DNA of 64,000 bases from Antedon mediterranea (GCF_964355755.1 NC_092675.1:15224912-15288911); one strand, 5' to 3'. Positions 11,301-24,800 are shown, counted from the stretch's first letter. Numbers and translations: made by a program. Notes: generated by a model not told the origin, from the letters alone.

Positions 11301-13453
11301 CATACTAAAGTAAAGGGCCTAGCTAAGTTATTTATCGTAAGAGTTGATATTAGCAATGTAACTCTCAATCCACTGGCACTAGGCCTAGCTAGGTACAGTA
11401 GGCTAGACCTGGCTCTACTAGGCCTAGTACTATAGGCCTAGACTAGGCGGAGATCCGCCTAGGCCTACTACTACGCTGGGCTACTAGCCTAGATAGGCTG
11501 CATGGCATAGTAGGCCTAGCTAGCTAGTAATAATAATATAGTAATAACAACAACAAGGCCTAGCCTAATTAAAATAAGATAGAGTTTTCCTCTCTATAGT
11601 ATAATTAGCCTCCTGGAAGGCTTTACTTTACTTACTAGGCCTACTGCTGGGCTATTTTATTTATTTCAATTTGGTTAAATTTCATTATGCTTAAAAATTG
11701 CCAATGATGGGTTGGGTGTGTGGGGAGTGTGTGCAAAACATAAACCGTAAAAGCCAATACAATACAAATCCCTCACAAATAAAATACTGGTACCTTGGCT
11801 AAATTTCACGTTATTCATCATGCTTAAAAACATTGTTCAAGCTAACAGGTGTGTCTATCTGTCATGATCAGGCCAGGTGTTGGTTCAACAATAGACGTAT
11901 TACATAACATTAACAACAGTAAAATCCAGTACAATACAAATCCCTCACAAATAAAATACTGGTACCTTGGCTAAATTTCATGTTATTCATCATGCTTAAA
12001 AACATTGTGTGGCTATCTGTTATGGTGCTGGTTCAACAATAGAATACATAACATTGTTTGAAGGTTTGCATGGCGAAATCAAATGTTGATATAAAGTTTG
12101 CGGTACACCACGTATATTAAGTCTGAAAAGAACTGTTGAGTTTCTCTTACATACATAACATTAACACTAAAAACCAGTACAATACAAATCACTCACAAAT
12201 AAAATACTTGTAATTGAATTTTGCCTACCAGAAACGAGGGACATTGTGTGCCCTGCGCCATTTTGAACAAAAAGCAGATAAAATAAAGTAAAAAGAGAAA
12301 TAAAATTGAATAAAGTTCATTAATAAAATGTTTGCTGTTTTTTTTAAATTTGTTTAGAACTAATAATAAGCTAAGGCAATCTTCCTGAATACCTACTAGT
12401 AGGCCTACTGTATTATTCTTACAGTTTACACTACACTATTATAAATGAATTTGACAGATTTTACGTAAATTAGTGGTACTTTGTAATCGTCATAATTAAC
12501 TATGATAATCACCTCGGATTTTGATGAAATTTTCATGAATATCAGAAAACACTATATTGAATAAGTGTGCCAAATTTCAGAATGATTGTTTATCTAGAAG
12601 GTAGTGTTGCTAAGGTGTTAATTGTTCAATCTGTAACAGCATGGGGCAACTTCCTGTCTGATTTGTCATTAAACTTTGACTGTTAATTACCGTACTCAGT
12701 AATTACAAATAAATTGTTGTATAAATGCTATATACATTTATTGCCATAACTCTGGGAAAATTTGCTTGATTTAAATGATCCAAACACCATTTTGAAGGAT
12801 ATATTGTGAGGAATACCATTATAGTATCAACTAAAAAAATATATATTTCACCAAGTGCCTGGTTTTAATGTGGCTGTACACATATAAATTGCTGTGTTGC
12901 TAAGGCAAATAAAATAGTGGGTCTCATCAAAAGGACTTTTTGTTACAACGATAAGGATATGTTTCTTATTCTATACAAATATTTCGTCCGCCCTATCTTG
13001 GAATTTAACTGTTGTGTCTGGGCACCTCATCAAGTTGGACTGATTAAGAAAATCGAGTCGGTTCAACGAAGAGCTACCAAATCATTGTCAGAAATAAAAC
13101 ATTTGGCATATCCGTATAGATTGAAGTTTTTGGGTTTACCTACACTGGAGTACAGACGATAAAGAGCGGATATGATCCAAATCTTCAGAATTATAATTGT
13201 CTTGACGCTATTGAATGCAGAAAGTTTTTTACATTTTGTTGATTGTCATGGAACTAGAGGTCATGAAAAAAAGCTATATAAAAACAAGTTTAGGCTTAAT
13301 TCCAGGAAGTTTTCCTTCAGTTGTAGAGTTGTGGACTCGTGGAATAACTTACCATCTAATGTTGTAAAAGCTCCAAATTTAAATCTGTTCAAGTCACTCC
13401 TCTATGGTCATTGGAAGTCCCTTGACTGCAAGTTTACCTTTTCATATTTATAA
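8334..13453 (+). pseudogene. CR1 ORF2 (APE endonuclease plus reverse transcriptase), disrupted
   Basis: APE motifs YSNVDS, LTE, YRSP, GDFN and SDH; RT motifs YLDFQKAFD, GVPQGSVLGP and FADD. Frameshift near 9530, stops at 10511 and 13160, insertion at 10677-12882. Confidence 0.9.
10677..12882. mobile_element. Non-autonomous TIR DNA element with TGT...ACA termini and TA target duplication, superfamily unassigned
   Basis: TIRs tgtgtacagccacatcaaaaccaggcgcttg / caagtgcctggttttaatgtggctgtacaca. Removing the element plus one TA restores the CR1 frame FDYHINCCVAKANKIVGLIKR. Internal direct repeats near 11755, 11930 and 12178. Confidence 0.85.
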
Positions 13454-13569
13454 TCACTTTGGAACATTATGTGTACACCCGGAGTCATAAGAAGACAGGA
13501 AGGGTCATATAAGCTATATTTAGCTTTCTAACCGACCCATAACATCAAGCAACTATCAAGCAAGTAAAT

Positions 13570-14320
13570 ATATTTACATACTATCGAATCATTAATAATT
13601 TACGTTTGCATCATAATCTACATACTATTGAACCTTTATGTCTCATTTACGTACTATTTATTTGTTTATTTATATCTCTTTTTTTTAAATACATTGGCAG
13701 TGAAGGGAAAAAATAACGTTGAACTGACCCGACGTTTCTTGAGCACTCTCCTATCGAATATTCATACAGTATTGCATTCATAATTTACGTACGGTATTGC
13801 CGAATATTTATATCTCATTTACATACTATCGAATCTTTATACAGTATGGCATTAATAATTTACGTACGTTATTGCCGAATCTTTATATCTCATTTACATC
13901 GAATCTTTATACAGTATTGCAATAATAAGTTACGTACGGTATTGCCGAATCTTACAGTATTGCGTTAATAATTTACGTACGGTATTGCCGAATCTTTGTA
14001 TATCATTTATATACTATCGAATCTTCATACAGTAGTGCATTAATAATTTACGTACGATATTGCCGAATCTTTATATCTCATTTACATACTATCGAATCTT
14101 TATACAGTATTGCATTAATAATTTACGTACGGTATTGCCAAATCTTTATATCTCATTTACATCGAATCTTTATACAGTATTGCAATAATAATTTACGTAC
14201 GGTATTGCCGAATCTTTATATCTCATTTATACTATCGAATCTTCATACAGTAGTGCATTAATAATTTACGTACGATATTGCCGAATCTTTATATCTCATT
14301 TACATACCATCGAATCTTGG
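13570..14320 (+). repeat. Tandem repeat with a unit of about 70-75 bp, about 9 copies
   Basis: acagtattgcattaataatttacgtacggtattgccgaatctttatatctcatttacatactatcgaatc repeated, with deletions in some units. Confidence 0.9.
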
Positions 14321-14761
14321 TTTTTATTATTAGTAGTAATAGGGTGTGTTATTATACATTTAAGTGTTATTCCATTGTAATACATTGTTTGTGTTTTCAA
14401 TAAAGCAACGTGGAGACGAAAACGCGACCTTCTATAGCACTATTCCTGACCGGCCGCCAGTCGAGTTATTAGCAGAATTTCGCGTAATTAATTACCGTAC
14501 CGTACAGACACTTGCATCTTATTTTAGTATTTTATTCATTTTAAATTGATCAATATTTATATCTGAAGGTATAAAACAATTTAGGATATTAAATAAATAA
14601 ATTGATGTCATCATGTTATTGTTTTTAAATTATGTTTGCGAACACGTACTACTTACAGTAGTTACTAATATATTAATATACAATAACAAATATATATATT
14701 TTGATATACTTTATGGAAAAAATATATATATTATTCTTAATAATTGGCTTATTATATTATA

Positions 14762-16509
14762 CTAGCAATTATACCCGCCCCAGGGCGGGTTTCAAAATTA
14801 GTTTACAGCCTTCTCAGTACATAACACCCGACGCCAGTATCTGTCTATACTCACCAACCTCCACCCCTCTTCAATAACACCCTCATACTCTTTCTTAAAA
14901 ACAAATTCTTCCCAGTGATGGACAAATTCAATTCAACCTAAGCTTCAAATTGAGAGGAGTATACATAGCTATGATGGGTCTAATAATGGTTGAAGCAAAG
15001 ATTATATAGCGCCGCTACGCGGCGCAAGATAGGTAACTGTTGCCAAGCTCCTAACTTATAACACTACGCGCCCAGTAAATCCATGGACGCCATTCGGGCG
15101 GACAGGTTATTATTGTGATTTAAATGTAAATGGTTTAAATTTTGCGGTCCGCCTCGAAGTATCTGTGGTTAACCATCTTTATGATTGATTCATGGAAAAG
15201 GGAAGAAATTATGTAAACAAAGTAAAATAAAAGTTTCTTTTGGATCTGGACACTTTCCGATTAATTCTGTGTGTTTACATTGATATGTTTGGTTAGACAA
15301 CTTCGTTCTTTAACCGAAACATCGTGGATATTGCCTTGACAACGACTTTATTCCGGTTCAAACTTGTCCGCCGGAATGGCGTCTATGGATTACAAAGGTC
15401 TCACCCAGTTACAATCTTTGGTTGAAGTACTGTACGTTGTAAATTGTGTAAATGAATAGGTGTCATATTGGCTGATAATTGAAATATCTAATTTAGATAC
15501 TGCGGTCCCCCAGCCTTCTTTCTCCTTTCACCACCCCAGCCACCATCAACAAACCTAACTCCTTCCCTGGACAGTTCAAATATAGTAACTTTTCCTATAC
15601 AATTCCAATCATATAGGCTACTTTACGCTAGTATTTTCGCTCCTCCTCTCCCCCTACAAACACACCCCAGATACACTGGGTGATGTGTTGAAGACGGTTC
15701 CAGTACAAATTATGTTATTATCACTCCCAACCCATAATAAGTGGCAGTTTTCAAATGTAGTTTAAAACATTCCAAATACAGTTTCGGTCATGGTGTTAGG
15801 CCTACATCCCCACCCCAAATTCCCAGCCACTTCCCAGGGATAATTAAATACTTTAAAATTTTCCAACCACAATTGTGGTGTTGGCAAAATCACGACTATG
15901 CCCTGAAGCCCAACTCCCAACCCCACTCTCGCACAATTTACGTTTTTTCCTTGGAGGCAGTAAACAACGTTATGTTCACACAGGAACGGATGTCTGTAAT
16001 GAGACAATCCAAGAGACCGATACATAGCTGGATATGGTTAAAGTACTTTGCTAAATGTGTAAATGAATACGGTGTCATATTGGTTAATGAATAAAATATA
16101 CGCCTTGCTGAGGATAATTAAAATGCTGTAAAACTTTTGTAGTATAATTTTACAATTCGATAGCCTACAACCCCGAGCCCTATCAAAAATGACATCACAA
16201 ATCACCACACCCCCCCTACCCCGCCCACAAAAACATTTTTTTAAATGTCTTCCGGGTACAATTTATTTTCTCGAAATATTAGGTAGTTTATAATTCGAGT
16301 TGTTTATAGATAAATCGTATCATAAAAAATATCTAATTTTTACATGTTTAAAAGAATTTTCGTGAAATTCTGAGAGGCTCAACCACAGAAAATTAATATC
16401 AGTACATCATATGATGTCATTTTGTTGAAGGATTCTAACAATGCCTCGGAAACGCATGCTACACACGTACACACACAGTGCAAAAAGTTTCAAAGGAAAA
16501 TTCCATAGA
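14762..16509 (-). mobile_element. Non-autonomous Helitron
   Basis: Minus strand A|TC at 16510/16509 and CTAG|T at 14765-14761. GC hairpin acccgccc-ca-gggcgggt about 7 nt before the CTAG. No TSD. Confidence 0.6.
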
Positions 16510-16800
16510 TAGGTCAGGGAGTTTTAGGTCCCTTTCGTGTACAGATTACATGGTAAAATAATTGATTAAATATTTAATTACAATCCTATTTTAATCCATC
16601 ATCATCGTGTCGTCGCGAGAACGTAATAAATACAACAAACACGTACGTATTGTTCTTGATTAATAAAAGTACTCGCGCCGGGAGCTAGCCTAGGCTAGGC
16701 CGTGCAGGCCTAGGTAGAAAGAAAGTTGCCGGCGAAAATGTCAAAGTAGACGGTCGAACGCGCCGGTTGCCGGCTACTAACGAAACCCCTGATAAAGCGT

Positions 16801-19800
16801 TTAAAACATGCACTCAATTTCAAATAAAGAAGAATCAATCATAACGCCTAAATCCTTATGAACAGAAACATTTTCAAGAACAATATTATTAATCTTGAAA
16901 TCAAATTGAATGGGTTTTTTCTTAAGAGTAACAGACATAGATTTACATTTGGAGACATTAACAGACATACCCCAGTTGTAACACCAGAGAACAAGACCAT
17001 CCAAATCTGCTTGCAGAAGCAACATATCATTATCAGTTGTAATAGTCCGAAAAAGTTTAATGTCATCAGCAAATAATAAAAAATTAGAATGATGTGGAAT
17101 AGAAGAAAAATCATTAATAAACATAGTAAAGAAAAGAGGACCCAGAATAGAACCTTGTGGGACTCCAGACAAAACAGGAAGCCATTCAGATGAGCAACCG
17201 TCAATTGTAACTTTCTGGTGTCTATTATTAAGGTGGTAACTGGTTATTAAGGTAAAAGTTTATGAACTAAAAAATTGTGTGGAACCTCAGGGGTCCCAAG
17301 TCTACCGCTACTCGCGGTAGTCTACCGCTTTTAGAACCCATCTACCGCGCTACCGCTATCTCGACGTTTTCTACCGCATTTTGATTTTTTTACCGCATTT
17401 TCAAATTTCCCCATATTTTTGGCCAAATTGATTTACGGTTACACCCAGGCTCAGCCCAGGTCAACAATAATCAATAAATAACTAGACAAAAGTGAGGCAG
17501 GATGTTGAAACAATGTCTATTCATGCAGTCTCTGTGGTCTATTATTGTATTTTTATTTGTATGCACTGCCTTTGTTAAACCGTAACAATAATATAAACAT
17601 GCACGGTTACTACACGCCGGACGTAGAAAAAAAAGAAGCGTGCAACCAACCGTGAATCAATCACGTGGTCACCGGAATACGCGATTATCAATTTTGGGAG
17701 GATCCAAGTTTTAACTAAATAAACGCTTTGATTACACAGTGATTGAGACACGTTTTTAATAGTTATTACATTTTTAAACACCCTCATAATTAATGGACTC
17801 TACCAATGTTGATCCGCTGCAAAGAACAACAGATCGCACATCGCACGAGGTTGTTGAGGCGGTGTTTTATTTGGTTTTACTGTACGATCCGATAATACGA
17901 GCATATGGATTCGCCAAGCAAGTAGGCCTACGTTTAATAAAAATTTACCTAAGATTGTTGTAAGCTCTTTTGTTCAAACTTGTTATTTATATAGCAATAA
18001 TCCACCCGTTCCGGCATGCACGCTAGGCCTCTATTCTAGCCTAGGCCTACTCCTCGATCGATGTCGATGGTGGGGAATTTCCCAGCGATAAGAAATCGGC
18101 GAAATAGCTCATAAACGGCCTACATTTTAATGTTATATCTTTAATGCCAGTGTAATTACGTATGGATAAAACAATATAAAACTCAATGTTTTTCATCTGA
18201 AATAATATGTTAACTCGCGTAATGTAGCATAAGACGGATTCGGAATAGTTATTTCTTATTATTATTTTTGGGGGGGGGGGGGTTAAAATGGTAGCTAGCT
18301 AGGGCCTAGTAGAAGCCCTAGGCTAGGCCTGTGCCTATGTAATTAAGTTAAATTATTTTATATACTGAATTTTAGTTAAAATACAGTATATATTTTTTTA
18401 ATTCTTTGTACTGAGGATGTGTCCATAAAAAAAATAAGAATGTAAAAATACTGATGGATAAACCTATGTAAAAATTAAGTAAACTTATGTGTAAATATTG
18501 TATATACTGTATATGTAACATATTTAGTTAATTAATTAAGAGACGTAAACGACACGCGTGTTGATTTTCGATTCCCCGCGCGTTGACTTTCGACGCCCCG
18601 ACGAATTGAATGTGGTTCACGACAAAATTTCCTGCGAATGGACTTTCCCAAGTTGGGACCTCTGGAACCTGATCAAATGCTTTAGCCATATCTGTGTAGA
18701 TGATTTCACATTGCTTTTTGGAATCAATAGCAGAGTAAGCATGTGACAAAAGGACTGAAAGATTAGTCTCACATGACCTGCCTGGAAAAAATCCATGTTG
18801 TTTGTCAGTAATGAACAGACATGGCTAAAGATTTGATCATGGATAATTCTTTCAAAAATCTTGGACAACGAAGGTATTAACGAAATAGGTCTGTAATTTT
18901 TAACATCAGACTTGGAGCCCCCTTATGGATGGGACAGACACTGGCTTTCTTCCAAATGTCTGGGTAACACATTTCATTAAGAGATCTTTCAAATAATTTC
19001 TTACAAGGCATAGAAAGAGGTTGAGAAGCCATAGATAACATAACATTGCTGATGCCATCACAACCCGAGGCTTTATGTACATTAATTTCACTCAAAAGCT
19101 TCTGAATTTGATTTTGTTCAATATTTACAAAATTAAAAGTGTCAATGGGATATTCAGGGAGATTCGGATGGTCTTGAACTCCGTCGTTACAGTTGTAAGC
19201 AGAATGAAAAAAACAAATAAATTGGCTTTGTCTTTTGGTAAATGTGCAGATTTACCACTAAAATGAAGCTCAGAAGGAATACTTGAAGACTTATGGGAAG
19301 ATCTGAGCCATGACCAAAATCGTTTAGGATTAATTACAACATCACGACATAAAGAATCAACATAATTACGATATTTAAAATTGTATAGCTTCTTAAAATT
19401 AGATCTTGCAAAACGAAAATTCTCAATGTTCAACCGATTACCATTTCTTTTCTTATCTTTAAAATAAGACTCTTTAAGCTTAAGTGCACCATACAATTCA
19501 TTGTCAAACCAAGGAGGTAATTTTCTTTTGGGTTTAAAAATAGGTACCAAATCATGAACAGTAGCTAATACAAGATCATAAAATAATTTTCTAGCATCGT
19601 TAACATCATCGGTTAAATCAAGAATATCCCATGGGATGTGAGTAAGCGTCTCAATGAAATCAACTTTATTCAGTTTTTTAAAATTGTAGAGGGGACGAGA
19701 GTCATAATTACATTGTGAAGAAAGAAAATTAATTGGATAACTAAAATTGATTGCACAGTGATCTGAATCAAAAATATCCTGACCAGGTGAAACATCATTG

Positions 19801-20870
19801 CATGTCTTATTGCACAAAACTAGATCAAGAGTGTGATCAGCACATGTCGGAAAATTAACATATTGATTTCTTAAATTATTGAAATTATTAAAAATGTTGT
19901 CGATAAATAATTTGCCATTTGTATTTACAGGTGCATTACAAATTAAATCATTATTAATATTATTAGACCAATTAACTTCTGGTAAATTAAAATCACCCAT
20001 CAATAAAATATCATGATTAAAACTTTGAAATTCATATTGCACATTGTTAATCGATTGTGAAAGTAATTCATTCAATTGAGTCTCTTGCCGCGGAGGGTGG
20101 TCTGTAGTAGATGCCAACAATTAGAAACTCAGTTCATGGTTATTAGTTTCTAGATGCTCAAGACGACTGGATCTAAATTTGTTGCTGACCAAAAGTAAAA
20201 CACCTCTTCGTCCATTATTACGGTCTTTACGATATAAATTATAATTCATATCTGGAACAGTGTCATTTAGCCATGTCTCAGTAAGGGCTATCATGTCTAA
20301 ATATTTAGTGAACATATGACTGTGCAACTCTGATGTATGTCTCCATTTTGTTTTTAACACTTCTAACATTTTGGTAGTAGACTGTTATTGCATCCTTCTG
20401 CTTTCTGTTGTTGAAGGCACTACTGTAGGCAGTTCTATGTCTCGGCATAAGGTGATCTCGACATAGAACATACCGATACGTACATCGTTTGAGTAATACG
20501 AAATAGCTTTCCCGAGAAATCTACGTTTCTGTTTTGATCTAATAATTCTAGCAACAACAACCAGGCAGAAGCCACAGTATAGTTGACCACGGAAAGCTAT
20601 CACTATGTTGAAGGTATAACTCACGAAAGTACGATGAAATTCTAGGCCTAGGCCGGTTGAACTGGAACTCAGATATGTAGGCATCACCATACCACCGGCC
20701 ACAGTAAGGTTGGGTGCATTCTTGCTATAATTACGGTAAGCATATCCTGGCCTAGCTTTTCACATAAAATTACAGGTTCCATGTACATACTATCCGGTTG
20801 AAACTTTCCTAAAATTTTTGTAATAACCACGAGACACACAGTACACGCAACCAAAGAGGCGCGAAAATAT
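16801..20870 (-). mobile_element. Decayed CR1/L2-group LINE (leader, APE, RT; 3'-truncated), interrupted by a hAT element
   Basis: APE motifs IALTETWL, YRKDR, MGDFNLP and SDH (19125-20369); RT motifs YTDMAKAFDQVP|[14 protein letters not shown] and FADD (16801-19095); several frameshifts. Confidence 0.88.
17288..18664. mobile_element. Non-autonomous hAT-like element
   Basis: TIRs caggggtcccaa / ttgggacctctg; 8-bp TSD TGGAACCT (the right copy overlaps the terminal TG); subterminal ctaccgc repeats. Excision restores the host frame AFDQVPHNFL. Confidence 0.8.
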
Positions 20871-20871
20871 C

Positions 20872-21000
20872 TGACAAATCACATGTAACTACTGGCAAAC
20901 GAGATGAATATTTATTTCGTGAGCTTCATTTGTGTCGAGTGCACGTGCGACATATGAAAGGCCAAAAGTGCCAAAAGTATAATGTTACAATAATGATACA
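20872..21000 (-). repeat. 3' LTR of the Gypsy element
   Basis: Matches 25811-25940; TG...CA ends; about 21 nt deleted near the left end. Confidence 0.88.
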
Positions 21001-21054
21001 TCCTTTCTATTATATGTTTTTGTAGTTAAAGTCTTAAAATATTATTAAAGTTAA

Positions 21055-21680
21055 AGCCCCATTCCCTACGTTTTTTAGATCTAATTTAAGATCACAAACT
21101 ATATTTAATGTAAAAATAATACTATATGATCCTATTGCGATAACTTTTTTCGTCTTTAAACGGTTAAAAATGTGAAAAATAAGTCGATTCTAATAATTAT
21201 AGCGGCCCGCTATAAATCCCAAAATGCATTGCGCGCGGATTGATATTTTTGTTTTTCACCTGTAATTCGCCCACTTTTCGATCGATCGTGAGGCCAAAAC
21301 AAATGGAAGACTCCTAACTTTTCAGCGAAAATACCGGGTTTTCCCCAATTTGTATCAACGGAGTCTGGCAAAAATAGAAAGACAATTAATGCAGCAACTA
21401 TACAACGTCAGGCTAGGTATATAGGTAGCGTACGATGTTCGTACGTTACCGATGTTTACCAGCTAGGCCTACAAAACTAAGCCTAGCTAGGCTAGGCCTA
21501 AGACCGTCCACGAGAGGTCGATCGCTGCGAGCTACTTAGGTAGTGCATTGTTTCTCACTTTTTATCATAATTTACCATAAAACGTACATTTAAGACAAGG
21601 AATGACATGGTTTAATGTTTTTAAAGTGATATATATGTATTATTTTCCAAAAAACGTCCAAAATTGCAGGGAAGGGGTCT
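21055..21680 (-). mobile_element. Non-autonomous Kolobok-like DNA transposon, copy 2, inserted in the Gypsy 3' UTR
   Basis: TTAA at 21051-21054 and 21681-21684; reverse complement of 6515-7140 with about 6 substitutions seen by eye. Confidence 0.85.
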
Positions 21681-21835
21681 TTAAAGAACACTAACAAGTT
21701 AACAATTGTAAAAACAAAACTGAATGCTTAATCAACCTCTAATTAACACAATGTTAAAAAGCAAGAAACTGACCATCATCGGGTGGACTACCTCCGGTCT
21801 TTTGGGTTTATTTTGCCCACGAGCATGATACACAA

Positions 21836-24800
21836 CTATTTATAGCGAACGTAATCATCAAATCTTGCTGGCTCCTTTCGCTCTCTTTCCGACCTTCTAA
21901 TGGGAAGCTCATGCTCAGGAATCGGTTCTCTTACTTCCTCTGTTTGTTCTTGATTCACTATGTTTTCATTTTGTGGCTCAGGGATGTCTATGTCAACATC
22001 AACACTGTGATCTGCCTTTTCTTTTGACAATCTGAGGTGTTCTCGATTTCTTCTGAAAGCACCATCACCTTGTATTACCTCATATGACCGATCATCTAAT
22101 CTTTTTGAGACTGTTGCCTTTTCCCATATCTTGTTCTGTCTGAAGGGCTTCATCCTGACCACGTATGTTTGTCAAAATACAGTATTGTGCTTGACGTTTC
22201 TGGTTACGTGCAAGTTTTGCATTGTCATCATGGCTGGTATGTTGCGCTAACAGTAGTGATTTTGTAGTAGGAAGAATAGTTTTTGTTCTTCTCAGAAAGA
22301 AACGCTGAGTAGGACTGCTGTCAAGCCCTTGACTAGGGGTGTTACGAATGTTAAATAATGCAACAAATTGCTCCTGATTGGAACGGCCGCACCTTTTTAA
22401 CATCTTTTTTGCAGCCTTAACAGCTGACTCTACCTTGCCATTAGCCTTGCTATTGTATGGTGAGGTTGTTAAGTGGTTTATACCATATTTTGAGCAGAAA
22501 TCATTGAACTCTACAGATGCTAACTGTTGCCCATTATCACTTACAATACTGTCTGGTAACCCATATCTTCCAAAATGAACCTTGAGTTTATTTATGATTG
22601 ATTGGGTTGTGGTTTTTGATAGTTTGTCCAATTCCCAAAAATTTGACCTTTAACATACAGTTACTAGATATTGTACTTTGTTGTATTCAAAAAGATCGAC
22701 CCCAATCTTCTCCCATGCATGCTCTGGTATGTCGTGCGACATTAAGGGTTGAGAAGTGGAATCCTCCATGCATATCTCACATGTTTGAATCCAATCACTG
22801 ATTTCATGTGTCATTTGGGGCCAGAAAACATACTCTCTTGCATGTCGTAGTGTGCTATCTATGCCATTGTGGCCAACGTGTAACGTTTTTTTGATCGCAG
22901 GTCTCATTGACTGCGGAATAACAATACGTTCACCTTTGTATATGAGGTCATTATTTACACTAAGCTCATCCTTATAACTAAAATATGGTACAATTGTGGG
23001 GTCTAAGTCACATTTGCGCTCTGGCCAGCCTTGTAATATTACCCGTTTCAGAGCATGAAAAGATTTATCGTCATTTGTGTGTTGTTTTAGTTCGATCAGT
23101 TGATCGTCTGGTAGATCTACAGTATAGGCCTATATAATAACATTAATAACATCAAATTCGTCTTGTGTGCCAGTATGTGGCAAGAATGAGCGACTTAATA
23201 CGTAGGCAAGAACATTACTTTTACCCTTTATGTAGTGTACATCAATGTTATATCCCAATGCTCTTAGGAGCATGCCTTGTAGGCGCTTAGGAACTTTGTC
23301 AAGAGGCTTATTTACAATACATTCAAGAGGCTTATGATCAGTTAAAACTTTAACTGGCCTAGCAAAAGTGAACTAATTCCACTTTTCCAAAGCATTGACG
23401 ATGGCTAACATTTCTTTCTCAATGACTTGAGTATCGGACTTCAGCCTCTGTGACCCCTCAGCTTGTCCATGCAATGGGTCTACCTTCTTGAACCATGACC
23501 GCACATATGCCATTGGCACTTGCATCAGATTGAATGATTAATTCTTTATTGGTGTCATAGTATGCCAACACTGGGGCTCCAGTTATCAGTTTCTTAATAA
23601 TAGAAAAAGCTTTGTCATTGACAGCATCCCATACCCAGACAGAATTCTTACGGGTAAGATTATTTAGGTGTCATGATATTGACGAAGCTAGGTAAATATC
23701 TAGATAAATAATTTACCATACCACGAAGTCGATCAATGTCATCTTTACATTTAGGTTTAGGCATGTTGTGAATTGCATCAACTTTGCTTTGGTCGATCTT
23801 CAAACCAGTATTTGTTACTACATGACCAAGAAAGCTAACTTCATTAACCTTGAATTTACACTTATCTTTGTTTAAGATGATGCCTATATCCTGGCAGTGG
23901 CATCTTTCTAGAAATATACGTAAAAATAAATCATGACTTTTGTCATCATTAGCCCAAATAATGATATCATCAGCTATACATTCTACATTGTCTAAACCTT
24001 CAAGGGCTTGCTTAAGGCGTTTCTGAAAAATTTCAATTGACGGTTTTACTTTTAACCCATACGGAAGGCAACGCCATTTATATCTACCCCAAGGTGTAGC
24101 CATAGTAGTTAGTATACTTGAGTCAAAGTTTACAATGCAAATATCCCTCTTTAAGATCACATGTAGAGAAGACCTTAGCATAAGATAACTTAGGTAATAT
24201 GTCATCTAACACAGGCAAAGGATAATGCTCCCTCATAAGGTTATCATTTAGTGAACGCGGGTCAATACAGATCCTAATCTTACCAGACTTTTTCTGAGCA
24301 ACAGACATTTGGTTAACCCATTCGGTAGGCTCACTAATCTTTGCAATGATGCCACAGGATTCCATATCATCAAGCTCTGCCTTCACTGAACATTTGATTG
24401 CTTCTGGAAGTGTTCTCGCTGGTCTGATTACACGTCTAGCACCTTCTGAAATGGCTAATTTAACTGGTTCACCTGGTCACCAACTCTTTTAGAATCAAAT
24501 ACCTGAGGAAACTCAGCGAAGATGTTGTAATCGGTGTTTACTTTCAACACATGTGCAACATCCATTGAATTGTAATTAACAGTTAGTCCCATTTTTTCTG
24601 CAGCAGTTTTGTCAAGAATTGGAACAAAGGAAACATCAACAATGGTGAAATCTATCTTGTATTTTTTGTTGTTAGCGGGGTTTCTTACGATTAGTCTACA
24701 TTTTCCTAGTGCGGGTTGTGTGGACTTGTTCCACATTCGCAATGCAAATAGTATCAGTTGCTATTAGATAACGTTTTGGTAGCAAATTAACCGTAGCACC

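Larger units (their letters stand above)
7190..13565 (+). mobile_element. Near-full-length CR1-clade LINE with a 2.2-kb DNA-element insertion in ORF2
   Basis: PHD-finger ORF1 and APE-RT ORF2; CR1-type C-terminus (RGHEKKLYK...RKFSFSCRVVDSWNNLP); short 3' UTR ending in (CAAG)n near 13545-13565. Confidence 0.92.

Noticed and set aside
16515-16790. Small hAT MITE (caggga...cccctg)
   Set aside because: The TIR match is weak and there is no 8-bp TSD.
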